In this document: positions 1 through 9,080 of the stretch, piece after piece
Layout of the letters: each line of letters begins with the position of its first letter
How positions within the stretch are numbered: the stretch's first letter is position 1
NCBI GenBank assembly: GCA_937907455.1
Contig: CALESQ010000082.1
Coordinates: forward strand, 10,898-74,897
Direction: 5' to 3'
Origin: an uncultured Caldilineales bacterium
GTDB lineage: Bacteria > Chloroflexota > Anaerolineae > JAAEKA01
DNA length: 64,000 bases
Program-made: the position numbers and the translations under genes
Notes under the pieces: model-generated
Told to the model about the DNA's origin: nothing
The model's input: the letters and a program-made list of their open reading frames with translations, nothing else
Databases searched by the model: none

Positions 1-823
1 CGCCGTGGCCCATGCCGCCGATGGCGGTCTCACGGTAGCGGCCAAGCGCAGGGCCGGTGGTGTGCAACCACTCGGTGGCGATGAAGCGCAGGGGATGCGC
101 CTCACCGGCCAGCTTTACTACGTTGACCAGAAAAGAATGGTTGCCACCGTGGCCGTTGGAGAAGTAGAGCGTCTCGGCGCCGAGTGCGGCCAGTCGGGTG
201 GTTACGGCCAGCAAAAAGTCCTCGAAGACGCGACCACCCAGGTTGAGCGTGCCGGGGAATTGCCGCGTGTGGGTGCTGACACCATAAGGCCAGGCGGGCA
301 GGCAGCATACCTCGGCGGGCGCACGCCGGGCCAGGCCGTCGGCGATGGCCTGCACAATCACCGTATCGGTACTCAACGGCAGGTGATGGCCGTGCTGTTC
401 GGTGTGGCCGGTGCTGATCACCACCACGCGGCGAGTCAGATCAGCGGGCCAGGGTGAACAGGGGGCAGGCTCAAACGGGGCAGTTACCACCGGCCAGCCC
501 GTCGGGCGCACGGGGTCGGCCATGCCGGCGGGAGTCAACAACCAGATTTGGCGGAAGCCCTGGCTGAGCAGCTCACCAGCGATGCCGCGCAGCACGCGCC
601 GCCACAGTGTTGATGGCACGGTGAGGGCAGCCAGGGGGTTGCTATCGGTGCGGGCAAAGCCATAGGGCATAGCGGGCAACAGACACAGCGCCTGTGGGTG
701 AGGCAGCCCGGCCAGGGCGTGCAGATCGTATGTTCCCAGGCCGAGGGGAATCAGCATGGGAAGGGTGCGGGGCAACTCGGCCACTTCGGGCCAGGTCAGG
801 TCGGCGTAGGAGATGATGCGCAT
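1..823 (-). CDS. creatininase (creatinine amidohydrolase) family protein; the 3' end runs off the window edge
   Basis: Minus-strand reading frame (codon low position = 2 mod 3) is open from the ATG at complement 823 to position 1 (checked 600-680). The translation contains RVVVISTGHTEQHGHHLPLSTD and NGHGGN, the creatininase signature motifs. The N-terminal ~130 aa (MRIISYADLTWPEV...LIPLG) looks like a second, degenerate creatininase half. An alternative start at complement 523 (MADPVRP) cannot be excluded. Confidence 0.5.
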   Translation of the reverse strand, partial: MRIISYADLTWPEVAELPRTLPMLIPLGLGTYDLHALAGLPHPQALCLLPAMPYGFARTDSNPLAALTVPSTLWRRVLRGIAGELLSQGFRQIWLLTPAGMADPVRPTGWPVVTAPFEPAPCSPWPADLTRRVVVISTGHTEQHGHHLPLSTDTVIVQAIADGLARRAPAEVCCLPAWPYGVSTHTRQFPGTLNLGGRVFEDFLLAVTTRLAALGAETLYFSNGHGGNHSFLVNVVKLAGEAHPLRFIATEWLHTTGPALGRYRETAIGGMGHG

Positions 824-968
824 AAGAGCAAAGCCCAAACAAACAATGTCGGCGGATCGTATGATCCGCCGACATTATACACTGACAGGGCTGGAAGAAG
901 CCAGAGCCGCCATTGCAATCGCATGGAGTCGCAAAACTCGCTTTGCGACTCCGCGGCGCCTGTCTTTG

Positions 969-1418
969 CTAGCTTTGCGATTCCGGTGCGCCTGCGGGTG
1001 AGGGGCGAGGCTTGGGGCCGCGCATGCGCCGGAACAGCCAGCGGATCACGATAACCGCTGCAGTGACTGCGGCAATGATGATCACGTTGCGCAGCAGACC
1101 CATCAGGCCGCGGCCGATGTCTATGCGGCCCTCGCCGCCGCGCTCGCTGCCTTCAAAGTTGCCGTTCGGCGCAAAACCCTCCGAAGGCTGGCCGGACTCA
1201 AACTGCTGCATCTGCTGCGGCGTCAAATTGGTGGGTGGGCGATGGCGGCCACGACCGGCGAATCCTGCGCCGTCAGGGCCAAAGCCGGGGTCGTCCATGC
1301 CAGCAGGGATGCCAATGGCGTTGGCAACCGAAGGATTCTTCTGCACCAGTTCATACGCTCCCAGCGAGACCAGACAGAAGATCAACAACACGATGAGATA
1401 ACGAACTGCGGTTTTCAT
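969..1418 (-). CDS. hypothetical membrane protein with N- and C-terminal TM helices and a Gly/Pro-rich middle
   Basis: 149-aa ORF with a hydrophobic N-terminus (LIVLLIFCLVSLGAY) and a C-terminal TM segment (IIIAAVTAAVIVI); coding-like GC3. Confidence 0.4.
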   Translation of the reverse strand: MKTAVRYLIVLLIFCLVSLGAYELVQKNPSVANAIGIPAGMDDPGFGPDGAGFAGRGRHRPPTNLTPQQMQQFESGQPSEGFAPNGNFEGSERGGEGRIDIGRGLMGLLRNVIIIAAVTAAVIVIRWLFRRMRGPKPRPSPAGAPESQS

Positions 1419-1439
1419 AGCTTGGTTCCTGGGTGCGGC

Positions 1440-1949
1440 TCAGGCGTTGTCGCGATGAGCAGTGATCGGTGCGGGTTGAAGCCGTTGTGACGACACCTTG
1501 CGCCGTATGGGCCGCACGATGAAGCGGGTGATGGCGCTGACGATCCACTTCCAATGCAGCGCAAAGTGAACAGCCAGGGCGAAAACGCTGATGTTGGCCG
1601 ACCAACTGTGAATAAAGCGCCAGCTCGCTTCGGCCTCAAGCTGCAAACCGAGTACAGGCAACACGCTACGCGAAATGGCAATGCCGCTGACCATCACCAG
1701 CACAAAGGCGATAAAGAACACAATGTCTACCACAAAATCCAGTCGTGAGGCATGAAACAGCTTATGGAAGAAGCGCTTGCCTACCTGCACCACCCAATCC
1801 CAATGGGCAGCAAGGTGTAAAACAATGACCAGGGTCAGCGCGATACTGAGCCATTCATGAATCGGTATGCCGGTGAGACGAATTTCGTAGGCTATCAGAA
1901 AGCTGATGAAAATCAAGATGTCTATCCAAAGGTTGGTTTTCGTGGACAT
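1440..1949 (-). CDS. DUF4405-like / cytochrome b-type integral membrane protein
   Basis: 169 aa with four predicted TM helices, each carrying conserved His (HEW, HLAAHWDW, HKLFH, HFALHWKW), typical of b-type heme-binding membrane proteins. Confidence 0.5.
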   Translation of the reverse strand: MSTKTNLWIDILIFISFLIAYEIRLTGIPIHEWLSIALTLVIVLHLAAHWDWVVQVGKRFFHKLFHASRLDFVVDIVFFIAFVLVMVSGIAISRSVLPVLGLQLEAEASWRFIHSWSANISVFALAVHFALHWKWIVSAITRFIVRPIRRKVSSQRLQPAPITAHRDNA

Positions 1950-2167
1950 GGATACCTCAATGCAAAATTACGAATCAGAGAACAGTTCAAGTATAGCGGT
2001 AAATTGTTCAAAAAATATGAAGAAAGCGTAAAAACATAGTGATGGTTTAAATGTTACTGATCAAAGCGATGCGGATATAATAAGTAAGGTTTAAGGGGCG
2101 CGCAGCAGGCAGGTCATTCTGTCACCTTATCCCCTTGTCATCCACTCTTATTCTCTCAGGAGACTCT

Positions 2168-2725
2168 ATGTCTATCAAACCGGATCATTGGATTCGCCGC
2201 ATGGCGCTGGAACACGGCATGATCGAGCCGTTTGTGGATGGGCAGGTGCGCGAGGGCGTTATTTCCTATGGCTTGAGCAGCTATGGCTATGACATCCGCA
2301 TCGCCAACGAATTTCGCATTTTCACCCCCGGCCTGGGCGACCTGACGGTGGTAGACCCCAAGCGCTTCGATACGCGTTCGATGGTTGAGTTCAAGGGCGA
2401 TACCTGTATCATCCCGCCCAATTCCTTCGTGCTGGCGCGGACTATAGAATACTTCCGCATCCCGCGCAACGTGCTGACCGTGTGCGTGGGAAAATCAACG
2501 TACGCGCGTTGCGGTTTGATCGTCAATGTGACCCCGTTCGAACCGTGCTGGGAGGGTTACGTTACGTTGGAGGTCTCGAATACCACGCCGCTGCCAGCCA
2601 GAATCTATGCCAATGAGGGTATTGCGCAGGTGCTGTTTTTTGAGGGCGATCCGCCTGACTTTTCCTATGCCGACAAGAAGGGCAAGTACCAGGGGCAAAT
2701 CGGCATTACCCTGCCCAAGCTATAA
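2168..2725 (+). CDS. dcd: dCTP deaminase
   Basis: [13 protein letters not shown]...SYGYDIR...[11 protein letters not shown] motifs; AGGAG Shine-Dalgarno 8 nt upstream of the ATG at 2168 (the listed ORF starts earlier at 2135). Confidence 0.9.
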   Translation: MSIKPDHWIRRMALEHGMIEPFVDGQVREGVISYGLSSYGYDIRIANEFRIFTPGLGDLTVVDPKRFDTRSMVEFKGDTCIIPPNSFVLARTIEYFRIPRNVLTVCVGKSTYARCGLIVNVTPFEPCWEGYVTLEVSNTTPLPARIYANEGIAQVLFFEGDPPDFSYADKKGKYQGQIGITLPKL

Positions 2726-2775
2726 GCACCGTCCATTTAAGCCACAACGCGCGACAACCTTCTGCAAGCGCTCTT

Positions 2776-4035
2776 ATGAAATCGTCTGCGACTAACTCTA
2801 CCCCAAGCCTGCGCACGTTGCCGCGCAACGTGTGGGTGGTGACAGCCACCAGCTTTCTCACCGACATCTCCAGCGAGATGCTGGTTTACCTGATTCCGCT
2901 GTTTTTGTCCACGGTGCTGGGTGTGCGCCTCAGCGTAGTCGGACTGATTGATGGCATAGCAGAAACTACTGCCAGCCTGGTAAAGGTCTTTTCCGGTTGG
3001 TTTAGCGACCGACTGGGCCGACGCAAGTGGCTGACGGTGGCAGGCTACAGCCTGTCTGCCCTGGCCAAGCCGCTGTTTGCCGTGGCTAACTCGTGGGCCG
3101 CGGTGCTGGCAATCCGCTTCACCGACCGGTTGGGCAAGGGCATCCGCACCGCGCCGCGCGATGCACTGGTAGCTGACAGCATTGATGAGCAGCATCGTGG
3201 GCTGGCTTTTGGCCTACACCGCGCCGGCGACACGGCAGGAGCGATGATTGGCCTGCTGCTGGCCCTGGCTGTCGTGCTTGCGATGCAAGGCCACGAACTG
3301 ACACTGGAGCGAAGTACGTTCCGCACCATTGCGCTGCTCAGCATTATTCCTGCGGCGCTGGCAGTGCTGGTGCTTGTTGTGGGTGCCCGCGATGTGGCGG
3401 TTGTCTCGCAGCGCGAACGGCCACGTCTCTCGCTGGCCGGCTTTGATGGCCGCTTCAAGCGCCTGCTGCTGGTGATGGTGCTGTTCACGCTGGGCAATTC
3501 ATCCGATGCGTTTTTGGTGCTGCGTGCCCAAAGCCTGGGGGTGAGCCTGCCTGCGGTGCTGGGGATGCTGGCGCTGTTTAACCTGCTCTACGCGCTGGTA
3601 TCCGGTCCCGCGGGCGCGCTCTCCGACCGCATAGGCCGACGACGGTTGATTGCGAGCGGTTGGTTGTTTTACGTGCTGATCTACCTGGGTTTTGCCAAAG
3701 CCCAGGCTGCCTGGCAACTCTGGGGGCTGTTTGCGGCTTATGGCCTGTACTATGCGCTGACAGAAGGCTCGGCTAAGGCGCTGGTAGCTGATGTGGTTAC
3801 GCCAGCCCAACGCGGCAGCGCCTATGGCCTGTTCAACGGCGCAATTGGCTTGGCGGCGCTGCCTGCCAGCCTGTTGGCCGGCCTGCTGTGGCAGGGAGCC
3901 GGTGGCTGGAACGGCTTCGGACCGGCTGCGCCCTTTATCTTCGGTGCCGGCATGGCGTTGCTGGCGGTAGCCCTGCTGCTGTGGTGGATGCCGCGAAATG
4001 ATGGCTGGGCAGACACGCCGCGCGGCCAACTGTGA
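2776..4035 (+). CDS. MFS transporter
   Basis: 419 aa with 12 predicted TM helices and the MFS signature GWFSDRLGRRKWL. Confidence 0.85.
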   Translation: MKSSATNSTPSLRTLPRNVWVVTATSFLTDISSEMLVYLIPLFLSTVLGVRLSVVGLIDGIAETTASLVKVFSGWFSDRLGRRKWLTVAGYSLSALAKPLFAVANSWAAVLAIRFTDRLGKGIRTAPRDALVADSIDEQHRGLAFGLHRAGDTAGAMIGLLLALAVVLAMQGHELTLERSTFRTIALLSIIPAALAVLVLVVGARDVAVVSQRERPRLSLAGFDGRFKRLLLVMVLFTLGNSSDAFLVLRAQSLGVSLPAVLGMLALFNLLYALVSGPAGALSDRIGRRRLIASGWLFYVLIYLGFAKAQAAWQLWGLFAAYGLYYALTEGSAKALVADVVTPAQRGSAYGLFNGAIGLAALPASLLAGLLWQGAGGWNGFGPAAPFIFGAGMALLAVALLLWWMPRNDGWADTPRGQL

Positions 4036-4067
4036 GACGTATAGCGGGATGAAATAGCCGCTCAATA

Positions 4068-4116
4068 ACAAGGCGGCTGAACTCTGCGTGTTACCACGGT
4101 GAGTTCAGCCGCCTTG
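4068..4116. terminator. perfect inverted repeat (aaggcggctgaact...agttcagccgcctt) between convergent genes; likely a bidirectional terminator
   Basis: 14-bp perfect stem seen in the sequence between the MFS gene (+) and the DinB-like gene (-). Confidence 0.5.
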
Positions 4117-4160
4117 TCGCGTTGACAACACGCCGCTGCATTGGCTGTTATGCGGGGTGA

Positions 4161-4616
4161 TCAGCGCAGCTTCTTCGCCTCCAGGTTGGCGTGCAGGTTG
4201 AGATAGCGCAGCCAAACGCGCAGATGCAGCGGGCCAAACTGATTGTGCGCTACTTTAACATCCTGCATCAGCGCCGTGGCGAGCTGGCGGGTCAGTGCCA
4301 CCGTTTCGCTGCGGGTGGTGGTAAAGGCAGTTTGCAGCGCCAGCCAATTTGCCTCACGCGGAGGACGATAGCCGTCGTATTCATCACGCAGCAACGGCGC
4401 GCCCAGCGCCACGCGCAACCGGCTTTGCCCCCAGCGTTCAATGCCGATGATGTGGCTTAGCAAGGCACAATTGTGCGGCGAGTCTTTGGCCGCGGCAAAG
4501 GTGCGCTCCAGCGTGCGACCGGACAGCTCCAGTTGCTGCGCGATTTGCTCGGCGCTAAGACCGTTAAAGGGGCGACTGAGAAAAGTATTAACCAGTGCGC
4601 TACGTACACTCATCAT
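4161..4616 (-). CDS. DinB/YfiT-like (DinB_2) family protein
   Basis: 151 aa, helical, with His/Glu/Trp pattern (SHIIGIERWGQ) resembling the DinB_2 / mycothiol-maleylpyruvate-isomerase N-terminal fold. Confidence 0.45.
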   Translation of the reverse strand: MMSVRSALVNTFLSRPFNGLSAEQIAQQLELSGRTLERTFAAAKDSPHNCALLSHIIGIERWGQSRLRVALGAPLLRDEYDGYRPPREANWLALQTAFTTTRSETVALTRQLATALMQDVKVAHNQFGPLHLRVWLRYLNLHANLEAKKLR

Positions 4617-4644
4617 TTCACCTCAACCAACGGAAGTCGCAGCG

Positions 4645-5094
4645 CTAGCTTTGCGGTTCCGACGACTGTGCCGGCATTTGCAGCGTCAGGCGTTTCATAT
4701 GCGCCAAAATCGCGCCAATACCCTTCATGCGTTGCAGGCTGATCACCTGCTGCAAGCCCATCGCCTGAAAGAAATCGGCTGGCACGCCCAGGATTTCCTC
4801 GGCTGTAGAGCCGTTCAGCCCTTCGGCCATCAAGGCAGCATAGCCCCGTACCGTGGGCGCTTCCGGGGGCACATCAAAGAAAAACTCCATCAGGCTATCA
4901 TGTTGCTCGGCAGCCACAAACACCGGTGACATGCACTCATGCACCTGATCCATCTCAGCGTGGCCGGCCCAGCGCTCTGGCAGCGGCGGCAGGCTTTGCG
5001 CAAAATCCAGCAGCAAATCCAGCTTTTCACGGCCCTCGGCACTGGCAAATTCATCTACAATCGCTTTCAAGCGAGGGGGAAGAAGCGATGTCAT
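4645..5094 (-). CDS. sufE: SufE-like Fe-S metabolism associated protein
   Basis: 149 aa; the VHECMSPVFV segment matches the SufE VPGCQSQVWL active-site Cys motif; typical length. Confidence 0.65.
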   Translation of the reverse strand: MTSLLPPRLKAIVDEFASAEGREKLDLLLDFAQSLPPLPERWAGHAEMDQVHECMSPVFVAAEQHDSLMEFFFDVPPEAPTVRGYAALMAEGLNGSTAEEILGVPADFFQAMGLQQVISLQRMKGIGAILAHMKRLTLQMPAQSSEPQS

Positions 5095-5189
5095 GGGTAA
5101 AGCCCTTTCTCTGGAGAGAAATTATCGGTAACAGGTAACAAGTAGCCCGTCACTCAGATCGCAACACCCTGGTTGCCGACGCTGTCTCT

Positions 5190-5217
5190 TCTGAGTTACG
5201 AATTACGAGTTACGGAT
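5190..5217. repeat. four imperfect copies of the heptamer GAGTTAC (reverse complement of GTAACTC), just downstream of the BNR gene stop
   Basis: gagttacgaattacgagttacggattac seen directly; same family as the 10x GTAACTC array at 60244. Confidence 0.6.
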
Positions 5218-8128
5218 TACTGCATGCCGCCGTCCCAAACGCTGCGGTCGTCAGCATGATATCTATAATGTCCACATCGCCATCACCGTCGCGGTCGTAG
5301 CGGTTGTTCCAGTCCGGCGAAACGGTGGTCTCCAGCCAGTGACTCGCTTCTGTGGCAATGTCAATCACATCTATATCGCCGTCGCCGTCAAAATCCGGGC
5401 AAGTACGATAAGGCGCGGCCGGCAGTGGCCAGACATACGCGCCGCGGCCGCGCGTCCACAGCGCCAACGTGGTAGCACCGGCATCCACCGTCATATCCCA
5501 GATCATCACATTGGGCAGGCCCGCCTGGAAGCGATACCACACCGGTGTGGCCGCGTTGATGTCGTTGGTATAGTACAACCCCCAATCTGTGCCCGCGAAC
5601 ACCTGCTGCGGGAAATTGGGGTTGACCATGATCGAATTGGCCGGGATGTTGGGTAGATTACCGCTTTTGTCCAGCCAAGTGAAGCTGGCGCAATTGGTGC
5701 TGCACGTCACTTGAAAAACGTGGCCGGTCGTGGCAGGAGTGTTCTGATCGAAGCCACCCACCGCAGCATACCCCACCAACGGATTGGCCGTGTCCTGATA
5801 CACATCCAGGATGGGACGATTGGGCAGCACCGCATTGCCACCGGTGACGTTGACCCAGGTGGCGCTGTTGGTCACGCCCTGCCCCAGGTTAAACCCCATT
5901 TGCACATTACCATCGTTGGTGCCAACAATGGCGCGGGTGTTGTCGCTCCACGCATAGTTAAGCTGATTGATGAAGGAGCGGTCGGCCAGCGTGTTTTTGG
6001 TGAGATCACCGCTGTTGACCACCCAGCGCGTACCGGTAGTGGCCCCGATAGCGCCATTAATCGACTCGAACACGCGGTAGCTGCCGGCGATCATGTGCGT
6101 GCAGCCGGTGGCCGGGCAGCCGTTTTTCTGGATTTCATAGGGAAAAACAAAGCTCAACCGGTCGCCTGACCACGCGCCTGTGGCCGAGGTCTGTGAGCCG
6201 TAAGCGCCGGTGGTGCTGACAGACAGGCTACCATTCTGGCTTTCCTGATACCAACGTTGCCCCAGCATCGGTTCGATACGGGCAAACATACCATCGCCGC
6301 CTTTGCGCAGTTGCCACACAGCCTGCGTAGGATTGCCCGAAGTCCACACATACACTGCCGAGCCATTGTCCTGCATACCGCCGTTGATGCCCGGCTGCGC
6401 GGCCGTGGCAAAATTGGCCGTGATATCACCAGAATAAAACTCCAGCGTAGGGAGCGAGTTGTTAAGCTGACTGAAGCTGGGCGAGGCTGCGTTGGCATTG
6501 GTGGTTACATAAGCGCCACCATCGTTGCCCGCCAGCAACACACTCGACGACCCCGGCACATAGGCCAGCGCGTGCTGATCTACGTGTACTGTGGTGCCAC
6601 CGGCATAGCCACAGGTCAGGTTGGTGTAGGTGGAGCCGCCATTGGTGGAACGGAAAATGTCCACAGTGCTCAGGTAGGTAGTATCGGCGTTATTGGGATC
6701 CACCGTGATGTTCTGATCGTACCAATTTTGACTGTAGTCACCAAAACAGCCGGTCAAGCCGGTGGGGCCGGTCTGCTTGCTCCAGGTAGTACCACCGTTG
6801 GTGCTGCGCCAGATACCCAGCAGCCCCCCGCGCTGCGTGCCGCCCGTGGCCAAAATCGCCTGAGCCACTACATAGATTACATCGGGGTTGCTGGGAGCAA
6901 TGGCTGCATCCAGACGCCCCAACTGGTTGCCCGCGCCGGTGCTGGTGTTGATGGGCGTGCCGACGGCAGTATCAGCAGGCCAGCCATTGTCCGCGCGGCT
7001 TAGCGTTTCCCAGCTTGCCGGACAGCCCTCAGTGGGCAGCGTGGCGCGGTACACGCCGTTAGCACCGTTCAAGTGAAGATTGCTCTGCACCGTTGTGGCA
7101 AAACCGCGCGCTCCGACGAAAGCATAAACCTGCGTGATGCTACCTTGATCGCGCAGAATCAGGCCGGTGATATCCTGGCGCTGTGTAGCAAAGGCATTGG
7201 TCAAGCAGGGGCCGGTCCAGTTATCGCCGGCATCGAACGAGAAATAAACCCCGGTTTTAGCACCCACCACTACATGGTTGCTGTTGTTGGGGTCCACCTG
7301 CACCTTGCCGATAGCCTGATATTGCGGGAAGTTGCCCGCGGGCTGAGTATAAGCGCCGTTGAACACTTCCGCGCCCAGCACAGTCCAAGTCGCGCCGGCG
7401 TCAGTACTCTTCAGCACTCCGGCGGCACCGAAGCTGAACGAACCAAAGCGCAGATCGCCGGTGCCCGCATACACGGTGTTGTGGTCGTTGGGATCCAGCG
7501 TGATATCACCGATGGCGATGGTACTCAGCAGCGGGTCGTCGGTGACCGAGGCCCAGGTAGTGCTGGCCGAACAGCAGTTCGTGGTTTTCCATACCCCACC
7601 GCCGTCCGAGCCGAGGTAAGCCACGTTGGGCGTCACCGGATCAACCACAATCACATTGGCACGCCCGCTTACCAGGCCATAGCTGTAGCAACTGATGCAG
7701 CCATTGCTTTGCAGCGGCTTGGGGCCCAGCGAAGTAAAGCGGTCAGGACTGAGCGCCAGCGGCGAACGGCCAGAGGTGCGCGTGTAGGTGATCTCACCAG
7801 CAGGCAGTGCGCGCGCCACGCGTGCATCCTGTTCGCGCGCCTCAAGATACCATGCCGGATTAAACTCACCGGTGGGGTAGCTGACACGATGGAAGAAATA
7901 ATCACCCATAGCCAGCAGGTTGGCACTTTCACTGCTCTCATCCTGCCCAGGTTCAGGCAGATAGCGTTCACGCCCCGGGTCTATATTGGGCGCAATGGCT
8001 GCAAACGCCGAGGACTCTCCGCTGCCTGCCGGGGCGCTCTCTGGAGCGGCTGAAGGAACAAGCGCCACACCCAGCACAAACAACAACAAAAACATGCCCA
8101 TCGCTGGGCGCAAGATAGCTTGTTTCAT
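5210..8128 (-). CDS. secreted BNR/Asp-box repeat protein (sialidase/GH74-like beta-propeller) with a C-terminal dockerin-like domain
   Basis: 972 aa; signal peptide (MKQAILRPAMGMFLLLFVLGVALVPSAA); multiple S-x-D-x-G-x-T-W Asp-box repeats (SFDAGDNWTG, STNGGTTWS, STDAGATWT); C-terminal tandem Ca-binding dockerin repeats (DFDGDGDIDVIDI ... DRDGDGDVDIIDI). Confidence 0.8.
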   Translation of the reverse strand: MKQAILRPAMGMFLLLFVLGVALVPSAAPESAPAGSGESSAFAAIAPNIDPGRERYLPEPGQDESSESANLLAMGDYFFHRVSYPTGEFNPAWYLEAREQDARVARALPAGEITYTRTSGRSPLALSPDRFTSLGPKPLQSNGCISCYSYGLVSGRANVIVVDPVTPNVAYLGSDGGGVWKTTNCCSASTTWASVTDDPLLSTIAIGDITLDPNDHNTVYAGTGDLRFGSFSFGAAGVLKSTDAGATWTVLGAEVFNGAYTQPAGNFPQYQAIGKVQVDPNNSNHVVVGAKTGVYFSFDAGDNWTGPCLTNAFATQRQDITGLILRDQGSITQVYAFVGARGFATTVQSNLHLNGANGVYRATLPTEGCPASWETLSRADNGWPADTAVGTPINTSTGAGNQLGRLDAAIAPSNPDVIYVVAQAILATGGTQRGGLLGIWRSTNGGTTWSKQTGPTGLTGCFGDYSQNWYDQNITVDPNNADTTYLSTVDIFRSTNGGSTYTNLTCGYAGGTTVHVDQHALAYVPGSSSVLLAGNDGGAYVTTNANAASPSFSQLNNSLPTLEFYSGDITANFATAAQPGINGGMQDNGSAVYVWTSGNPTQAVWQLRKGGDGMFARIEPMLGQRWYQESQNGSLSVSTTGAYGSQTSATGAWSGDRLSFVFPYEIQKNGCPATGCTHMIAGSYRVFESINGAIGATTGTRWVVNSGDLTKNTLADRSFINQLNYAWSDNTRAIVGTNDGNVQMGFNLGQGVTNSATWVNVTGGNAVLPNRPILDVYQDTANPLVGYAAVGGFDQNTPATTGHVFQVTCSTNCASFTWLDKSGNLPNIPANSIMVNPNFPQQVFAGTDWGLYYTNDINAATPVWYRFQAGLPNVMIWDMTVDAGATTLALWTRGRGAYVWPLPAAPYRTCPDFDGDGDIDVIDIATEASHWLETTVSPDWNNRYDRDGDGDVDIIDIMLTTAAFGTAACSNP

Positions 8129-8138
8129 GGACTGTATT

Positions 8139-9062
8139 CTAACTCAATGTTGCATGCCGCGTGAGCGGCTTGAACCCTTCGCCCAATACCTCGTGACTAG
8201 GGCTGATGACGACAAAGGCCTGAGGGTCGGCTGTCCGCACGATCTCCTGCACACTGCGCGTCTCGCGACGGCGCACCACGGCCATCAGCACTGTGCGTTG
8301 CTGGCCGGTATAGCCGCCTTCGGCCTCCAGCAAGGTAACGCTGTGTTGAAGCTGCGTGGTGATACCGTCACGAATCGCATCAGGCTGTGTGGTGATGATA
8401 AAGGCAGTGATGCTGGCTGTAAAGCCGGTTTCCATGAAGTCAATCACCCGCGCCGATACCCAGGCCACAATCAGCGCGTACAGTGCAGGCTCCAGGCCAA
8501 AGAAAAACGCTGCCAGCGCCAGCGTCAGCACATCCATAACCAGCAGTGACACCGACATACGCACGCCGCGCCAGTGTTCCAGCAGCTTGGCGGGGATCTC
8601 AGTACCGCCGGTGGTAGCATGGCCGCGAAACACCAGGCCCAGCCCTACGCCATACAGCAAACCGCCGTACAGCGTATACAGCAACGGGTCGCCGCGCACC
8701 ACCGGCAGATGGGGCCGCAGTCCATCTATCAGCAACGAGGCCAGCAGCGTGGCTAGAATCGTTTTCGGGCCAAACTGCACGCCCAGAATTGCCATCGCCA
8801 GCAGCAGAAAAGGCACGTTGAGCACCAGCATGGTGACACCAACCGGCCACCCCCACAGCCGGTTGGCGAACATCGAAAGCGCCGTAAAGCCGCCGGGCAC
8901 AATGTCGTTGGGGTCCAGAAAGACCACCACCGCCACCGCGGTGAGCGTGGCCCCCACGGTCAGCAGCACCAGGTTCACCAGCGAGCGGCCGGTAAATGTG
9001 CCCCAGCGTGTGCGCACCCATACCTGCCGGTTAAAGCGCTGGATAAAAGACCACAGGCTCAT
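8139..9062 (-). CDS. YitT family membrane protein (DUF161/DUF2179)
   Basis: 307 aa with multiple TM helices and a C-terminal DUF2179-like soluble domain. Confidence 0.75.
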   Translation of the reverse strand: MSLWSFIQRFNRQVWVRTRWGTFTGRSLVNLVLLTVGATLTAVAVVVFLDPNDIVPGGFTALSMFANRLWGWPVGVTMLVLNVPFLLLAMAILGVQFGPKTILATLLASLLIDGLRPHLPVVRGDPLLYTLYGGLLYGVGLGLVFRGHATTGGTEIPAKLLEHWRGVRMSVSLLVMDVLTLALAAFFFGLEPALYALIVAWVSARVIDFMETGFTASITAFIITTQPDAIRDGITTQLQHSVTLLEAEGGYTGQQRTVLMAVVRRRETRSVQEIVRTADPQAFVVISPSHEVLGEGFKPLTRHATLS

Positions 9063-9080
9063 GGCATAGCCGCGGCCAGA

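Noticed and set aside
5-457. 150-aa ORF on the plus strand at the window start
   Set aside because: It is antisense to a creatininase-family gene whose motifs (HGHHLPL, NGHGGN) are clear on the minus strand. No motif was found on the plus strand; it is a GC-rich antisense artefact.
5339-8053. Several long plus-strand ORFs (6257-7003, 7073-8053 and others) inside the BNR gene region
   Set aside because: They are antisense to a 972-aa protein with a signal peptide, Asp-boxes and a dockerin. High-GC genomes routinely give long antisense ORFs.
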